A DNA stretch of 63,036 nucleotides, filler included, from Reticulomyxa filosa (taxonomy: Eukaryota; Protista; Foraminifera), in NCBI GenBank assembly GCA_000512085.1. It is 24 parts of 24 records of this genome, joined end to end, with 100 filler letters (N's around TTAATTAATTAA, not from the genome) between each part and the next. Parts side by side here need not be neighbours in the genome. Positions count along the whole stretch, not along the records: positions 60,600 to 61,839 come from ASPP01013322.1; positions 61,940 to 63,036 come from ASPP01003549.1; 22 more parts are not named here. One strand, given 5' to 3'. Position numbers and translations under genes: made by a program. Position 1 is the stretch's first letter. Every line of letters begins with the position of its first letter. Shown one piece after another: positions 61,736 to 63,036 of the stretch. The notes under the pieces were generated by a model that saw nothing but the letters and a program-made list of their open reading frames with translations, was not told the DNA's origin and searched no databases.

Positions 61736-63036
61736 ATATGTATTATATAAATTTTTTATTTATTTATTTGAATTTGACATTTTAAATGTCATCCAAATTG
61801 GCAGTGTTTTTTTTGGCTGACTCATCCAATTTTTTTTTTNNNNNNNNNNNNNNNNNNNNNNNNNNNNNNNNNNNNNNNNNNNNTTAATTAATTAANNNNN
61901 NNNNNNNNNNNNNNNNNNNNNNNNNNNNNNNNNNNNNNNTCCGTCTCGTCAAATGGATTTCCCTTAAGCCAAAGGGCAAATACAACATTGATATTTTAAT
62001 ATTTTTTTTTTTAATTGAAAAATAAACAAAATATTTTTGTATACGTATTTAAAAAAAAAAATGATTCGGTGCATGTGGCCTAGCGATTGTATGAAACGAT
62101 TGACAACATAACGCCGCGCACTACCAAGCATATGTCGCTGGAAGACATCTATGGTCAATCGATACTGCAACAGTTGAGCAGCGATGTTTTTTTTTTTGTT
62201 TATCCAATTATTATATATCGCCAATGCAAATAACTCTAAAAAATTAAAAAAAAGAAGATGGAGCAAACCAAGAGTTGAAGAATTTTTAGAGTTGGATATA
62301 TGAACAGTATTTGGTTTTGTGTTGTCGCTGTTGTTGTGAACATGAAGAGGCGAGGATGTGTCATGACGATAATAGCATTGTGTTGTTGCGTGACAAGTTG
62401 GTTGGTGTCTATTTCTCTATATTTCATTGCTCTTTGCTTTTCTTTTTCTTTTCTTGTTTAATATTTGCTTTCTTTGTTTTGTCATTACTCTGTGCAAACA
62501 CAAGTAACTCATTTGATAACTCTGTAATTGATCGATGAAGCTTCGGTGGCATCATAGGCTTGTTTCCAGTACTGTTATCCACTTTTGGTGAGATTTGATA
62601 CGTACGCAAAGGCATGCCATTGGACGGGAATCACGGCAATCGATTCCAAACGCATTTGAATATTTTCTCAGTTTTCCAATGCAAATTGGATCTCCAACAA
62701 CAATGTCTGTTTCACGTATTTATTAAATTGCATCATACAACACATATATGAATGTATAAATGAATCGTTTGAACTGTTGTGTAGCAAGAAATTAAACCAC
62801 TTTCCGAAAGAGTGTGTCCAATTGCTTGTCTTTTACCAGATATTCGTATCATCAATCCGAAACACGTTTATACTTTGCAGAAGATCATACACTGAGATAT
62901 ACTTTTCATTACTTGTGTTTAATGAACTGGGCAAAGACGCGGAGGACGAAACAATCTGAAAATGCAGAGTCCCTTGCACTACTGTCCCATGAACTTGGAC
63001 GCTTTCTAAAAAGGTGAGGTGATTAAAGACATTAGC

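Noticed and set aside
3297-61939. Regularly recurring TTAATTAATTAA palindrome as a CRISPR-like or biological repeat, and ORFs ending in XXX-LIN
   Set aside because: Always centred in exactly 44+44 Ns, so it is an artificial joining linker. Any gene-neighbourhood inference across it is invalid.
61940-63036. Gene on the minus strand of the last contig; also contigs 42376-43441 and 59327-60499
   Set aside because: Short open frames exist, but no consistent splice path or recognisable domain could be built.

Overview
This window is not one continuous locus. It is 24 short, unrelated contigs (about 1-7.5 kb) joined by 23 artificial 100-bp spacers (N44-TTAATTAATTAA-N44, a stop in all six frames), so adjacency across spacers means nothing. 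Twenty-three contigs are AT-rich, intron-containing eukaryotic DNA. The WD40 family signature (KFSQYHYHN...IGVIGGNGYT.CSGS.DKTIRIWDIE) and the many pseudogenes point, from memory, to the foraminiferan Reticulomyxa filosa or a close relative. One contig (57784-59226) is GC-rich bacterial DNA encoding a YHS-domain Cu(I) P1B-ATPase and is probably a contaminant. Recognisable eukaryotic genes, mostly partial: a PH+GBD/FH3 formin, a BLTP3/UHRF1BP1-like lipid-transfer protein, two RNF213-like AAA+ ATPase loci, an RBM25-type PWI protein, an HSPA12-like Hsp70, C2/coiled-coil, PH-domain and cAMP-receptor-like GPCR genes, and a >1,330-codon intronless helical ORF. There are also two non-LTR retrotransposons (one with an intact ORF1, one decayed) and pseudogenes (WD40, VPS35L, RanBP2-ZnF/FG). 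The most interesting signals are: (i) unusual splice signals (GT+pyrimidine donors, poly-A rather than polypyrimidine acceptors), together with a structured GC-rich island beginning CAAACCTG, complementary to those donors, inside a long inverted repeat; (ii) a 43-bp TGT...ACA mini-element with a 4-bp target-site duplication and a longer relative; (iii) multiple RNF213-like, possibly immune, ATPase loci. All homology calls come from recalled motifs, not database searches.
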